This document shows, in pieces, positions 28,329 through 36,777 of a DNA stretch of 64,000 nucleotides. How positions within the stretch are numbered: the stretch's first letter is position 1; every line of letters begins with the position of its first letter. The notes below the pieces were generated by a model. The model saw nothing but the letters and a program-made list of their open reading frames with translations. It was not told the origin of the DNA and did not search any database. Both the position numbers and the translations under genes were made by a program. Origin of the DNA: an uncultured Prevotellaceae bacterium (GTDB lineage: Bacteria > Bacteroidota > Bacteroidia > Bacteroidales > Bacteroidaceae); contig CACYPF010000007.1 in NCBI GenBank assembly GCA_902776195.1, positions 9,568-73,567 on the forward strand. The letters run 5' to 3'.

Positions 28329-30023
28329 CTATTTCCTCAACTCCTCAAAATACTCAGAAGGCTGCATGCCCATTTCCTTCTTGAACGTGGTGGCGAAGTA
28401 TTTAGGATCCTTGAACCCCACCTGATAGGCGATATCACTGACACGGAGATCCGGACGGGTCTGGGCGAGGCGGCATGCCTCCTTGATGCGGTAGTTGCGG
28501 ATGAAACTGGTGACATTCATACCTGTCATGGCACGTAACTTATTATATAAGGTGGAAGCACTGGCTCCCATGTCACGGGCAAAGGCATCACGGTCGTAGT
28601 CACTGTCGGAGAGGTGTTCACTGAGACACTGGAGGGCTCGTTCGATGAACTCGTTATCGACAGCTGGTGCCGACTCTTTAATCTGCTCAATGTTCTCCTC
28701 TGTGGACTGTTGACGGAACAAATGCTGGATACGACGGCGGTTCTCGATGATATTGTTGATACGTAATTGCAGGTCACCCATGCGGAAGGGTTTGGTGATA
28801 TAGTCATCCGCACCGATCAGTAGTGACTCCTTACGGTCCTCCTCCTGCGTCTTTGCCGTGAGCAGGATGATCGGCAGGTGGCTGTAGTCCGGGTTTTGTT
28901 TCAGCTGACTGGTCAACTCGTTACCATCCATCTCAGGCATCATTACGTCAGACACTACCAGGTCGATCTCATGGGCACCCACTACCTGTAATGCCTCTAC
29001 GCCATTAGAGGCTGTCAGCACTTGGTATTGCTGTTGTAACAGCTGTTTCATAAGCATCAGCAACTCCACGTTATCCTCAACCACAAGGATGGTATAGACA
29101 TCCTCTTCTTCTGTTGACGCTGGTGGTGGGGAAATGGTGTCGCTCTCTGACGTGTTTACTATCGCTGCCAGGTCGATGATGTTACTGTTAGGATGCTCAG
29201 GGTTTATCTGATGGCTCTCGTCAATCTGTGAGGAAGAGAACGCATTCTTCTTAATCGGTATCTCTACGATGAAAGTAGTGCCCTGTCCCTCAAAACTCTG
29301 ACACTCGATAGTTCCCTTGTGGAGGTATACTAAGTCACGGGTGAGGGCAAGACCGATACCCGTTCCGAAAGTGCCATGCTTCCGGTATTCCCCATCGTAA
29401 AAACGTGTGAAAAGGTGTTTCATCTTCTCATGCGGAATACCAGTGCCATTATCGCTTACCCGGATGATCACCTTCTCATAGCGGGAGTTGGTGGTCACAT
29501 CCACGACCACCTTTCCATCTTTCTCCGTATATTTCACTGCATTAGAGAGGAGGTTGAAGATAATCTTATCGAGCTTGTCTGTGTCAATCCACCCCATCAT
29601 GCTCTCCGGTTTACAGCGAACAGTGAAATCCAGTCCTTTCTTAGCCATCAGGGGTTCAATGCATAAGGCTGTCTCCCTGATATAATTCATGACATCTCCG
29701 TTGCTTACCCGTAGCTTGAGCTCACCTGCCTGTGATTTGCTGGTCTCCAGAATCTGTTGCAACAGTCGTACGACACGTGCGATATTCAGTTCCATCAAGT
29801 CATAGTCCTTTTTGTTGCCTGGTGCTGTCGTACGTAGTCGCTCGACAGAAGCTGCTACAATGGTCAATGGGGTTAGCAGCTCATGGGTGATGTTCGTGAA
29901 TACATAACTCATCTGTAGCTGGTTGCGGATACGCACACTGCGAGTGTATAATGCTCTTCCTGTCAGATAGAGTATTACCAGTATTACGATACTCAGCAAT
30001 ATGATGATGGTTGTAAGATTCAC
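28329..30023 (-). CDS. Hybrid sensor kinase/response regulator (HisKA-HATPase-REC-AraC) without periplasmic sensor domain
   Basis: NITHELLTPL (His box), NLLSNAVKY, GTGIGL, VSDVMMPEMDG and VGFKDPKYF; GTG 30023 preferred because the 30113 start runs through the -7 element at 30049-30056. Confidence 0.88.
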   Translation of the reverse strand: MNLTTIIILLSIVILVILYLTGRALYTRSVRIRNQLQMSYVFTNITHELLTPLTIVAASVERLRTTAPGNKKDYDLMELNIARVVRLLQQILETSKSQAGELKLRVSNGDVMNYIRETALCIEPLMAKKGLDFTVRCKPESMMGWIDTDKLDKIIFNLLSNAVKYTEKDGKVVVDVTTNSRYEKVIIRVSDNGTGIPHEKMKHLFTRFYDGEYRKHGTFGTGIGLALTRDLVYLHKGTIECQSFEGQGTTFIVEIPIKKNAFSSSQIDESHQINPEHPNSNIIDLAAIVNTSESDTISPPPASTEEEDVYTILVVEDNVELLMLMKQLLQQQYQVLTASNGVEALQVVGAHEIDLVVSDVMMPEMDGNELTSQLKQNPDYSHLPIILLTAKTQEEDRKESLLIGADDYITKPFRMGDLQLRINNIIENRRRIQHLFRQQSTEENIEQIKESAPAVDNEFIERALQCLSEHLSDSDYDRDAFARDMGASASTLYNKLRAMTGMNVTSFIRNYRIKEACRLAQTRPDLRVSDIAYQVGFKDPKYFATTFKKEMGMQPSEYFEELRK

Positions 30024-30048
30024 AATTTTTTTTTGGTTTTTAAGACTG

Positions 30049-30221
30049 CAAAGGTAGTTTATTTTTTGTACTATCCCATTAAAATCAAGGAAAAAAGTAG
30101 TTTTATCATTCAAAAAAGTTTGTTTTGAGTGAATTATGGTTCGTTTTTTGCGATTTTCACGTATTTTAAACCATAATTAATGATAAGTCAACGTGCTTTC
30201 AATAGAAATGTTGTACTTTTG
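30049..30221. promoter_or_regulatory. Divergent promoter pair with an internal 10-bp inverted repeat
   Basis: TACCTTTG on - (30049-30056), TACTTTTG on + (30214-30221); AATTATGGTT (30132-30141) / AACCATAATT (30169-30178). Confidence 0.6.
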
Positions 30222-30227
30222 CATCGG

Positions 30228-30388
30228 TGAAAGAAAATGATTATTTTTTCTGACACTGTGTTAAAAGTAAGAACGTGAGGTTCTGAAATTGATTATTTTG
30301 TTTAGATTTTTAATGGTTAAGGTTTATGGTTGATTAATTTAGTTTTTTAAAAAGAAAAGACTCGCTGTGATAGCGAGTCTTTTTTTTT
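30228..30388 (+). ncRNA. Candidate stand-alone small RNA (about 160 nt)
   Basis: -7 element immediately upstream, strong terminator at the end, U-rich body, only a 13-codon ORF inside; ends are estimates. Confidence 0.45.
30355..30388. terminator. Bidirectional intrinsic terminator
   Basis: AAAAGACTCGCT-GTGAT-AGCGAGTCTTTT with T runs on both strands. Confidence 0.9.
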
Positions 30389-30480
30389 CTAGTTTTTCTA
30401 GTTTTTCTAGTTTTTCTAGAATTTTCTAGAATTTTCTAGAATTTTCTAGAGTTTTCTAGATTGTTCTAGATTGTTCTAGA
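30384..30480. repeat. Tandem array of 9/10-bp units with CTAG cores
   Basis: 10 CTAG cores at 30389, 30398, 30407, 30416, 30426, 30436, 30446, 30456, 30466 and 30476. Confidence 0.92.
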
Positions 30481-31404
30481 TAGAAGGTGGCGTTCCGCCT
30501 CTATGGCTGCCTGGCAGCCAGTGCCTGCGGCGGAGATAGCTTGGCGGTAGGTGGGGTCTGCACAGTCACCTGCTACGAAAATACCGGGAAGCTTGGTGCG
30601 GGGCGTACCGTCAATCTTCTTGAAATAACCTACCTCATCGGTATCCAGCCACTCCTTGAAGATATCCGTATTGGGTTTATGGCCAATGGCGAGGAAGAAA
30701 CCGTCGATGGCGATATCCACCAGCTCCTCATCGGGTTCTCCCTTGCGTTTCACCAGATGGGCACCCTCTACACCATTCTCACCAAAGAGACCAAGCGTGT
30801 TATGCTCAAAGAGGATCTCGATGTTCTCTGCTGCCATGACCCGGTCCTGCATTACCTTGGAGGCACGGAGGAAGGGCTTGCGTACAATCATATAGACTTT
30901 CTTGGCGAGATGACTCAGATAGAGGGCATCCTCACAGGCGGTATCACCGCCACCTACCACTGCTACTGTTTTCTTCCGGTAGAAGAAACCGTCACAGGTA
31001 GCACAGGCAGAGACACCCTGTCCGTTGTATTTCCGTTCGTCATCCAGTCCTAAATATTTTGCAGAAGCACCTGTTGCGATAATCACAGTGTCAGCGATAA
31101 TCTCCTCACCATCCTCTGCCCAGCAGTGGTAGGGGGCTTTCGAGAAGTCTACCTTGCTGATAGACCCGTCACGGATATCTGTACCGAAACGCTCTGCCTG
31201 TTCGCGGAGGTCCATCATCATCTGATTACCGTCCACTCCCTGCGGATATCCTGGGAAATTCTCTACCTCTGTAGTCTGTGTCAGTTGTCCACCCGGTTGT
31301 ATACCACAATACTCCACTGGGTTTAAGTTGGCACGTGAGGCATAGATTGCTGCTGTATAACCGGCAGGTCCACTGCCGATAATGAGACATTTGGTATGTG
31401 TCAT
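30466..31404 (-). CDS. trxB: Thioredoxin-disulfide reductase
   Basis: IIGSGPAGYTAAIY, CATCDG redox motif, GGGDTA and AGDCADPTYRQA motifs. Confidence 0.97.
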   Translation of the reverse strand: MTHTKCLIIGSGPAGYTAAIYASRANLNPVEYCGIQPGGQLTQTTEVENFPGYPQGVDGNQMMMDLREQAERFGTDIRDGSISKVDFSKAPYHCWAEDGEEIIADTVIIATGASAKYLGLDDERKYNGQGVSACATCDGFFYRKKTVAVVGGGDTACEDALYLSHLAKKVYMIVRKPFLRASKVMQDRVMAAENIEILFEHNTLGLFGENGVEGAHLVKRKGEPDEELVDIAIDGFFLAIGHKPNTDIFKEWLDTDEVGYFKKIDGTPRTKLPGIFVAGDCADPTYRQAISAAGTGCQAAIEAERHLLSRTI

Positions 31405-31427
31405 CTTAGTTGGGAATTTAAGAGCGT

Positions 31428-31976
31428 TTAGAGTAACTCTTCAATCTGTTTGGCGATATTGTCGATCTTCTCCGTAGGCTCAAAGCGTGCCACTACCTGT
31501 CCCTTCTTGTTGATGAGGAATTTTGTGAAGTTCCATTTGATGTCCGGCTTCTGCTTATAGTCCGGGTCAGCCTTTGAGAGCATATCGTCCAGAATAGCTG
31601 TCAGGTTGTGCTCAGGATCCCATCCTGCAAAACCTTTCTGTTCCTTCAGGAACTTGAAGAGCGGTTCTGCGTCCTCACCATTCACCTTAACTTTCTTGAA
31701 GCGAGGGAAATCCGTTCCGAAGTTCAGTTTGCAGAACTCATGGATAGACTCATCCGTACCAGGAGCCTGCTGTCCGAACTGGTTACAGGGGAAGTCAAGG
31801 ATCTCAAAGCCCTGGCTGTGGTATTTCTTATAGAGAGCCTCCAGCTCATCATACTGGGGAGTGAATCCGCACTTTGTTGCAGTATTGACGATCAGTAATA
31901 CTTCGTTCGCATACTCTTTCAGCGAAACATCCTTTCCTTTTCTGTCTTTGACAGAGAAATCATAAACAGTTTTCAT
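31428..31976 (-). CDS. Cys-type glutathione/thioredoxin peroxidase
   Basis: NTATKCGFTPQY, FPCNQFG and KWNFTKFL motifs; start MKTVYDF at 31976. Confidence 0.94.
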   Translation of the reverse strand: MKTVYDFSVKDRKGKDVSLKEYANEVLLIVNTATKCGFTPQYDELEALYKKYHSQGFEILDFPCNQFGQQAPGTDESIHEFCKLNFGTDFPRFKKVKVNGEDAEPLFKFLKEQKGFAGWDPEHNLTAILDDMLSKADPDYKQKPDIKWNFTKFLINKKGQVVARFEPTEKIDNIAKQIEELL

Positions 31977-32004
31977 TGTTGGTGATTTGTTATGGGTTAG
32001 TATT

Positions 32005-32052
32005 AAAAAAGGTGCTCTCCTTGGCATATGCAACTACCCAGGCAGCACCTTT
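32005..32052 (-). terminator. Probable terminator after rpmE2
   Basis: AAAGGTGCT...AGCACCTTT stem with a T6 tail on the minus strand. Confidence 0.6.
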
Positions 32053-32077
32053 ATTCTTCTTACGTGGAAATATCGTT

Positions 32078-32332
32078 TTATTTCTTCGCAGCCTTACCGT
32101 AGCGGCTCATGAACTTGTCTACGCGACCTGCAGTATCCACGAGCTTGCTCTTACCGGTATAGAAGGGGTGAGAGGTGCTCGAGATTTCGATTTTAACCAC
32201 TGGGTAAGTTTCGCCTTCGAATTCTACGGTGTCATTAGTCTTTGCGGTAGAACGCGAAAGGAACATATCGCCGTTGGACATGTCCTTGAACACGACGGGG
32301 CGATAGTTTTCTGGATGAATACCTTTTTTCAT
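32078..32332 (-). CDS. rpmE2: 50S ribosomal protein L31 type B
   Basis: [17 protein letters not shown]...[13 protein letters not shown]...GRVDKF; no zinc-ligand Cys residues; -7 element at 32384-32391. Confidence 0.96.
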   Translation of the reverse strand: MKKGIHPENYRPVVFKDMSNGDMFLSRSTAKTNDTVEFEGETYPVVKIEISSTSHPFYTGKSKLVDTAGRVDKFMSRYGKAAKK

Positions 32333-32430
32333 TTTAATTGTTACTTATTATTCGTTATTTACTATAATCGCATAAAGCGGGTGCAAAGGTACGAAGAAAT
32401 CCGCAAACAGCCAAATTTTCCCTTGACTTT

Positions 32431-33138
32431 TTATTCTTCCTCCACAATGATATCACTTTGTGACACCTCCTCAACGACCTCTTCCACAGGTTGTTGGGGC
32501 AGTTCTTCTTTCACTTCCGTGGCAATTTCCTCTGCTTCCAGTCCCTTTGCGGCTTCCTCCTGTTGGCGTTTGATCCGTCGGCGTAAGCTATAGACCATGA
32601 TAGAGTTGATGGTTTCTGTCACGCCATAGAGCAGCATACACCAGCCGAGGATTATCATTGGCAGTTCGGCACTCTCCATCGGTTTGACGAAGATGATGAT
32701 GCCGGCGATGAAAATCAGGATGGGTGCTATCCAGAAGAAGGCACCTATGGAGCCATAGCGACGTGCTGCCACCAGTACGATCAACTGGTTGATGCTGCCC
32801 AGTATCAGCATGGCGCCCAGGATGTACATCAGCCATTTGACAAACATGTCAGGACTCAGCACGAGGGTTAGTCCGAGAATGACACTGCCTATGCCCACTA
32901 AGGGAAAGGCAGGCTGTGTACCGCTGATGACATTCCCCTCAGCGTCAGTGATCATATAATCACCGACATGCCGACGGGCATTCCAATATGAAATCAGGGC
33001 GATGATACCCGATAACAGGAACAGGATACCGATTGCCATGGTGAGCCATGTCACTGAGTTATCGGGATATTTCAACAGTAAGACACCTATCACGATGGAG
33101 CATAATGCCCGGAAAATAGAACTTTGTAATAGTTTCAT
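32431..33138 (-). CDS. HdeD/DUF308-like membrane protein
   Basis: Six hydrophobic segments with repeated G..L.L.G pattern and an acidic C-terminal tail. Confidence 0.7.
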   Translation of the reverse strand: MKLLQSSIFRALCSIVIGVLLLKYPDNSVTWLTMAIGILFLLSGIIALISYWNARRHVGDYMITDAEGNVISGTQPAFPLVGIGSVILGLTLVLSPDMFVKWLMYILGAMLILGSINQLIVLVAARRYGSIGAFFWIAPILIFIAGIIIFVKPMESAELPMIILGWCMLLYGVTETINSIMVYSLRRRIKRQQEEAAKGLEAEEIATEVKEELPQQPVEEVVEEVSQSDIIVEEE

Positions 33139-33161
33139 TTTTATTTCCTATTTATGTTTTT

Positions 33162-33224
33162 GCAAAATTAGGAAAAATAATTGATAACAGGAAATTGATA
33201 ATTGAAAATTTATGATTAATTTTG
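33162..33224. promoter_or_regulatory. Divergent -7 elements
   Basis: TAATTTTG on - (33162-33169) and on + (33217-33224). Confidence 0.65.
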
Positions 33225-33229
33225 CATTG

Positions 33230-33805
33230 ATGGCAACAACGATTTATTTAGTAAGACATGGTGAGACGGTGGATAATGCCCGTCAGATCATGCAGGGACA
33301 GACCCCGGGAGAACTTAATGAACAGGGTAGGGAACAGGCCCGCCAGGTGGCTCAACGCCTTGCCAATGAGGCTATTGACGCTGTCGTGGCGAGTGATCTG
33401 CGTCGTGCCATACAGACAGCAGAGATTATTGCGGTCCCTCATCACCTGTCAGTGGTGACCACCCCCTTGCTTCGAGAGCGGGACTGGGGTAGTTTTACAG
33501 GTCGTTTCATCCCAGACCTGCGGGGAGAGGTGTGGCCCGATGATATCGAGACAGAGGATGCTTTGTTGCATAGAGCCCAGCAGTTCCTACAAAAAATGAC
33601 AGCCACCTACGAGGGAAAACGAGTGGTGGCTGTCGGTCATGGAATTATCAATAAAGCGATATTAGCCGTTTATGCATCGTGTTCGATGAGAGAGGTACGG
33701 CGGATGATGAATGCCGAGGTGAGGGTCTTAACGACGACCTCCGTAGCTGTGGCCTCCGCCAGAGCTTCTTCCTCCACCGAAGCTACCTCCGCCTCTGCTG
33801 AATGA
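33230..33805 (+). CDS. Histidine phosphatase family protein
   Basis: LVRHGET, SDLRRA, LRERDWG and VGHG motifs; ATG 33230; last 26 codons overlap the convergent gene. Confidence 0.9.
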   Translation: MATTIYLVRHGETVDNARQIMQGQTPGELNEQGREQARQVAQRLANEAIDAVVASDLRRAIQTAEIIAVPHHLSVVTTPLLRERDWGSFTGRFIPDLRGEVWPDDIETEDALLHRAQQFLQKMTATYEGKRVVAVGHGIINKAILAVYASCSMREVRRMMNAEVRVLTTTSVAVASARASSSTEATSASAE

Positions 33806-34729
33806 TCCACCGCCAGAGCTGCTGCGCATAGAGGAAGAAGAGCCTCTGCTGAAGCTGCCTCCGCTATGGGAGAAAGAGCCTCCCCTGCTGAAACTTCCGC
33901 TGTTGCTGTGTGAGGAAGAGGATCCTCTGCTGAAGCTGCCGCTTGAACGGTCGATAGTTCTTGAATGATCGAAGCTTCTTGAGCGGTCGATGGTTCTGGA
34001 TGAGTTGTTCTCAATGCCCCTTCTCTCCATGTTATGGTGGTGAGTACCGCTGTTATTGCGGTTGAAATCTCCGTTGCGGGAATAATCTCTGTTGCGATTA
34101 AAATCTCTGTCGCGTGAAATATCCCTGTTGCGGCCAATCTCACGGTTGTTCACAGTAGTACGGGTTGAGCTGTGGCGAATTCCGTTGTTGTGATGGTGGC
34201 GATAGTCTCCGCGGTTCCATCCGTCACGCATTCCGAAATGGCGGGTGTTGTGATGATTGATATAGTGGTGACGACGGCTGTGATACCATCCATGCCCACC
34301 TACACGATGCCAGGCATGTCCTCCACGATAGCTGGCGTAGAATACCGGACGACCGTAGTAGAAGTAGTCACGGTGCGGATAGCGGGCGTAGATGCCGAAG
34401 TGCCAGAAGCCGTCTGCCCAGTAGAGGGGGCGATAGAAATAGGTGGCGGCACGGAAAGCGCTCAGCTGCCAGTCGAGCAGGATATAGCTCAGGTCGAGGT
34501 TACGACGCTCCCAGTAGGTTCCGTATACGTCGTCATAACTGGTGACACCCATCAGGTAATCGAGATTGATCTCATAAGCAGCCTCATACTGCTCTTCTGT
34601 CAGGTTCAACTCGTAAGCCATCTTGTCCGTGAGGAAAAGAGCCTCGTTGCGAGCCTGCTCGTAGCTCATTGCCTTGCCCGTTGCTGCTACTAACAGCATT
34701 GCTACCAGGGCGATCATCATCTTCTTCAT
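33728..34729 (-). CDS. Exported hypothetical protein with long His/Arg/Ser/Gly-rich disordered tail
   Basis: Signal peptide MKKMMIALVAMLLVAATGKA; helical N-domain; SFSRG and NRD repeats; -7 element at 34777-34784. Confidence 0.75.
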   Translation of the reverse strand: MKKMMIALVAMLLVAATGKAMSYEQARNEALFLTDKMAYELNLTEEQYEAAYEINLDYLMGVTSYDDVYGTYWERRNLDLSYILLDWQLSAFRAATYFYRPLYWADGFWHFGIYARYPHRDYFYYGRPVFYASYRGGHAWHRVGGHGWYHSRRHHYINHHNTRHFGMRDGWNRGDYRHHHNNGIRHSSTRTTVNNREIGRNRDISRDRDFNRNRDYSRNGDFNRNNSGTHHHNMERRGIENNSSRTIDRSRSFDHSRTIDRSSGSFSRGSSSSHSNSGSFSRGGSFSHSGGSFSRGSSSSMRSSSGGGSFSRGGGSFGGGRSSGGGHSYGGRR

Positions 34730-34804
34730 ATCTCTAATGTTTTTATCGATTCAACAATATGTTTCTTTTGACATTGCAAAAGTAAGAAGAAAATGAAGCA
34801 TAAG

Positions 34805-34841
34805 AAAAGGATTTCCCCTAAACAGTGCGGGGGAAATCCCT
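34805..34841 (-). terminator. Intrinsic terminator closing polysaccharide locus 2
   Basis: GGATTTCCCC...GGGGAAATCC stem with a T run on the minus strand. Confidence 0.8.
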
Positions 34842-34850
34842 ATATCTTTG

Positions 34851-34882
34851 GAGGTGAGAGGTAAGAGGTGAGTGGTAAGAGG
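34851..34882. repeat. Short heptamer tandem repeat
   Basis: GAGGTGA-GAGGTAA-GAGGTGA-GTGGTAA-GAGG. Confidence 0.7.
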
Positions 34883-34886
34883 TTCC

Positions 34887-35276
34887 TTAGTATTTATAGA
34901 AGTTCCACTTCTGCCCGTCCTTGCTCAGTACCATGATGTCCCCATTGAGTGACTCTATCTTCACGCGGATATTGTTGAAGGGCTTGAAACCGAAGGACTC
35001 TTCCACCATAACAGTATCTGATTTCAGTTCTTCCTTGGAGAAGCACTGGATGAAGAGACTGTCGCCCTTGTGTTGGAAGTTGCCGAAGACACCAAAGTTC
35101 TTATCAGGAACTGTTTTTATCCAGACTATACCGCCAGAGAAACTCATGTATTGGTTGTCAGTGTTGTTCATACGCCATTGACCGAGAAGGTCACCTGCAT
35201 CACTCCCTTCCTGGCAAGAGGTGAGAAGTAAGATGGATGAAGTGAGAAGGATGATGTATTTAAAGAATCTTGCCAT
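34887..35276 (-). CDS. Lipocalin-like lipoprotein
   Basis: Lipobox LLTSC, LLGQW (GxW) motif; start MARFF at 35276. Confidence 0.75.
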   Translation of the reverse strand: MARFFKYIILLTSSILLLTSCQEGSDAGDLLGQWRMNNTDNQYMSFSGGIVWIKTVPDKNFGVFGNFQHKGDSLFIQCFSKEELKSDTVMVEESFGFKPFNNIRVKIESLNGDIMVLSKDGQKWNFYKY

Positions 35277-36762
35277 GGAATTTGATTTTAAAGTTAAACG
35301 TAGAACAATCCCCGTAGATGTTGCCCTTGTCGAAAGCGTATGCGGCAGAGAATTGCCAGGGACCTGTCTGATAGATGCCTTGGAACATCGCATCGAAAGA
35401 GTGGTGCTTCTCGGCAAGAGGTTGATGGTAAGTACCCCATCCTTCACGGTACGATCCTTTCACGAGATACGACAAGTGGTCTGTTATCTCACCGTTGACC
35501 CCTAAATGCCAAGCTTTGACACGGGTATCACGATAGGAGGTGTATCCATCCTTATTATATATAGGTGAGGTAATAAGGGCTATGCCTGGAGTCATTCCAT
35601 AATGTGAATAGCCGTCATAAAAATCGTGATTATAATAATTATCATTACCGGTTACTTTATCTTTGAGTTGACTGCGGAACGGTTCGGGATAGTCACCACC
35701 GTCGAAATGTAAAGGACCGCATTGGTTGGTGGTTTGGAAGAATTCAAAAACTGCCCCTCGTACATACTGTCTGCCTAATGTCCTATTGTGGTACTGCAGT
35801 CCCCAGAGACCATCCCATCCATTACCCTTTCGGATGCCAGACCCATCCTCAAAAGGATTATCGAGATAAGCCAGGATCTGGTGATCCGGATTGATGTTCC
35901 AGCCAATCTGATAAGTCATCACTCCGATATGGTTGCCATACACCCAGTCTTCAGCTGCCTCATTCTCAAAATAGTTCTTATCTCCTACAGGGAGTATCAC
36001 TTTCCAGAATGCTTTCAGATTGGTAGGTTTCTTTTTGACGACCATCTCTCCATTTACCATCTTATGATTGGTTCCTCCAAATTGTACGGCATGTTCAATA
36101 CCTATGGTAACGAAAATCGGCTTTTCGGGATTACTGCGGAAGTACAAATGTTTCTGATGGTAGTATGCCCCTGTTGTATATGCTTTGTTGACATCCTCAG
36201 CCTTATGATATCTATCCTCACGATATCCACTATCCATAAACTTGCCATATCCGAAGTCGAAATTGATTTGCAACCAGTTTTTGGTAAATGGAACCGTCCA
36301 GAAACCATTGGTACCGAAATGTACCTGTGGGATGGGCTTGGCGTTGGTACCCTTGACGAAAGAACCTGTTGAGAGGAGGTTGTCACGAACCACCAGCTGG
36401 TGTTCCCTGCTGCCCACTTCAAAGACGAACGACTTCCAGGAGAGGTTAACGTAACACTGCTGCAGAAAGACCTTATGGTCGGCATGCATTGAACCGATAG
36501 CATCGACAGCTCCAGATAATTTCCAGTCTTTGTTGAAAACATGCTCTATGTTCACCGCTCCACGCAGGTAGGCTGTGTTGGGACGGGTGCTTAATGTGTG
36601 ATGGTGGTTGGTTGCTAACTGGTAAGCCGTATAGTTTCCTGTTCCCACAGCAGTCTCTGCCGTTACGTCGTAAGTGATATGAGTTCCCAGCGAGTCCTGT
36701 GCGCTTACCTCTGACGTATGGACGAGGAGGGCAAGGGCGAGGTAAATGTATTTATTTGTCAT
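35260..36762 (-). CDS. wzi: Capsule assembly Wzi-family outer-membrane protein
   Basis: Signal peptide, NAKPIPQV, GNHIG, DNYYNH..Y motifs; position at the end of a capsule locus. Confidence 0.78.
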   Translation of the reverse strand: MTNKYIYLALALLVHTSEVSAQDSLGTHITYDVTAETAVGTGNYTAYQLATNHHHTLSTRPNTAYLRGAVNIEHVFNKDWKLSGAVDAIGSMHADHKVFLQQCYVNLSWKSFVFEVGSREHQLVVRDNLLSTGSFVKGTNAKPIPQVHFGTNGFWTVPFTKNWLQINFDFGYGKFMDSGYREDRYHKAEDVNKAYTTGAYYHQKHLYFRSNPEKPIFVTIGIEHAVQFGGTNHKMVNGEMVVKKKPTNLKAFWKVILPVGDKNYFENEAAEDWVYGNHIGVMTYQIGWNINPDHQILAYLDNPFEDGSGIRKGNGWDGLWGLQYHNRTLGRQYVRGAVFEFFQTTNQCGPLHFDGGDYPEPFRSQLKDKVTGNDNYYNHDFYDGYSHYGMTPGIALITSPIYNKDGYTSYRDTRVKAWHLGVNGEITDHLSYLVKGSYREGWGTYHQPLAEKHHSFDAMFQGIYQTGPWQFSAAYAFDKGNIYGDCSTFNFKIKFHGKIL

Positions 36763-36777
36763 AGGCTTAAGCAGGAT

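Noticed and set aside
30024-30113. 5' ORF extensions from the ORF track (also 23353, 33212, 14807, 32033, 35447, 43243, 51733, 55122)
   Set aside because: They run through promoter elements or into neighbouring genes; downstream starts give better family-like N-termini
30132-30178. Invertible promoter
   Set aside because: Only 27 bp between the repeats, neither -7 element lies inside, and no recombinase gene is nearby
30384-30480. CRISPR or iteron/origin array
   Set aside because: 9-10-bp units without spacers; no rep or dnaA gene nearby
31428-31976. Selenocysteine glutathione peroxidase
   Set aside because: The active-site residue is Cys in an uninterrupted frame
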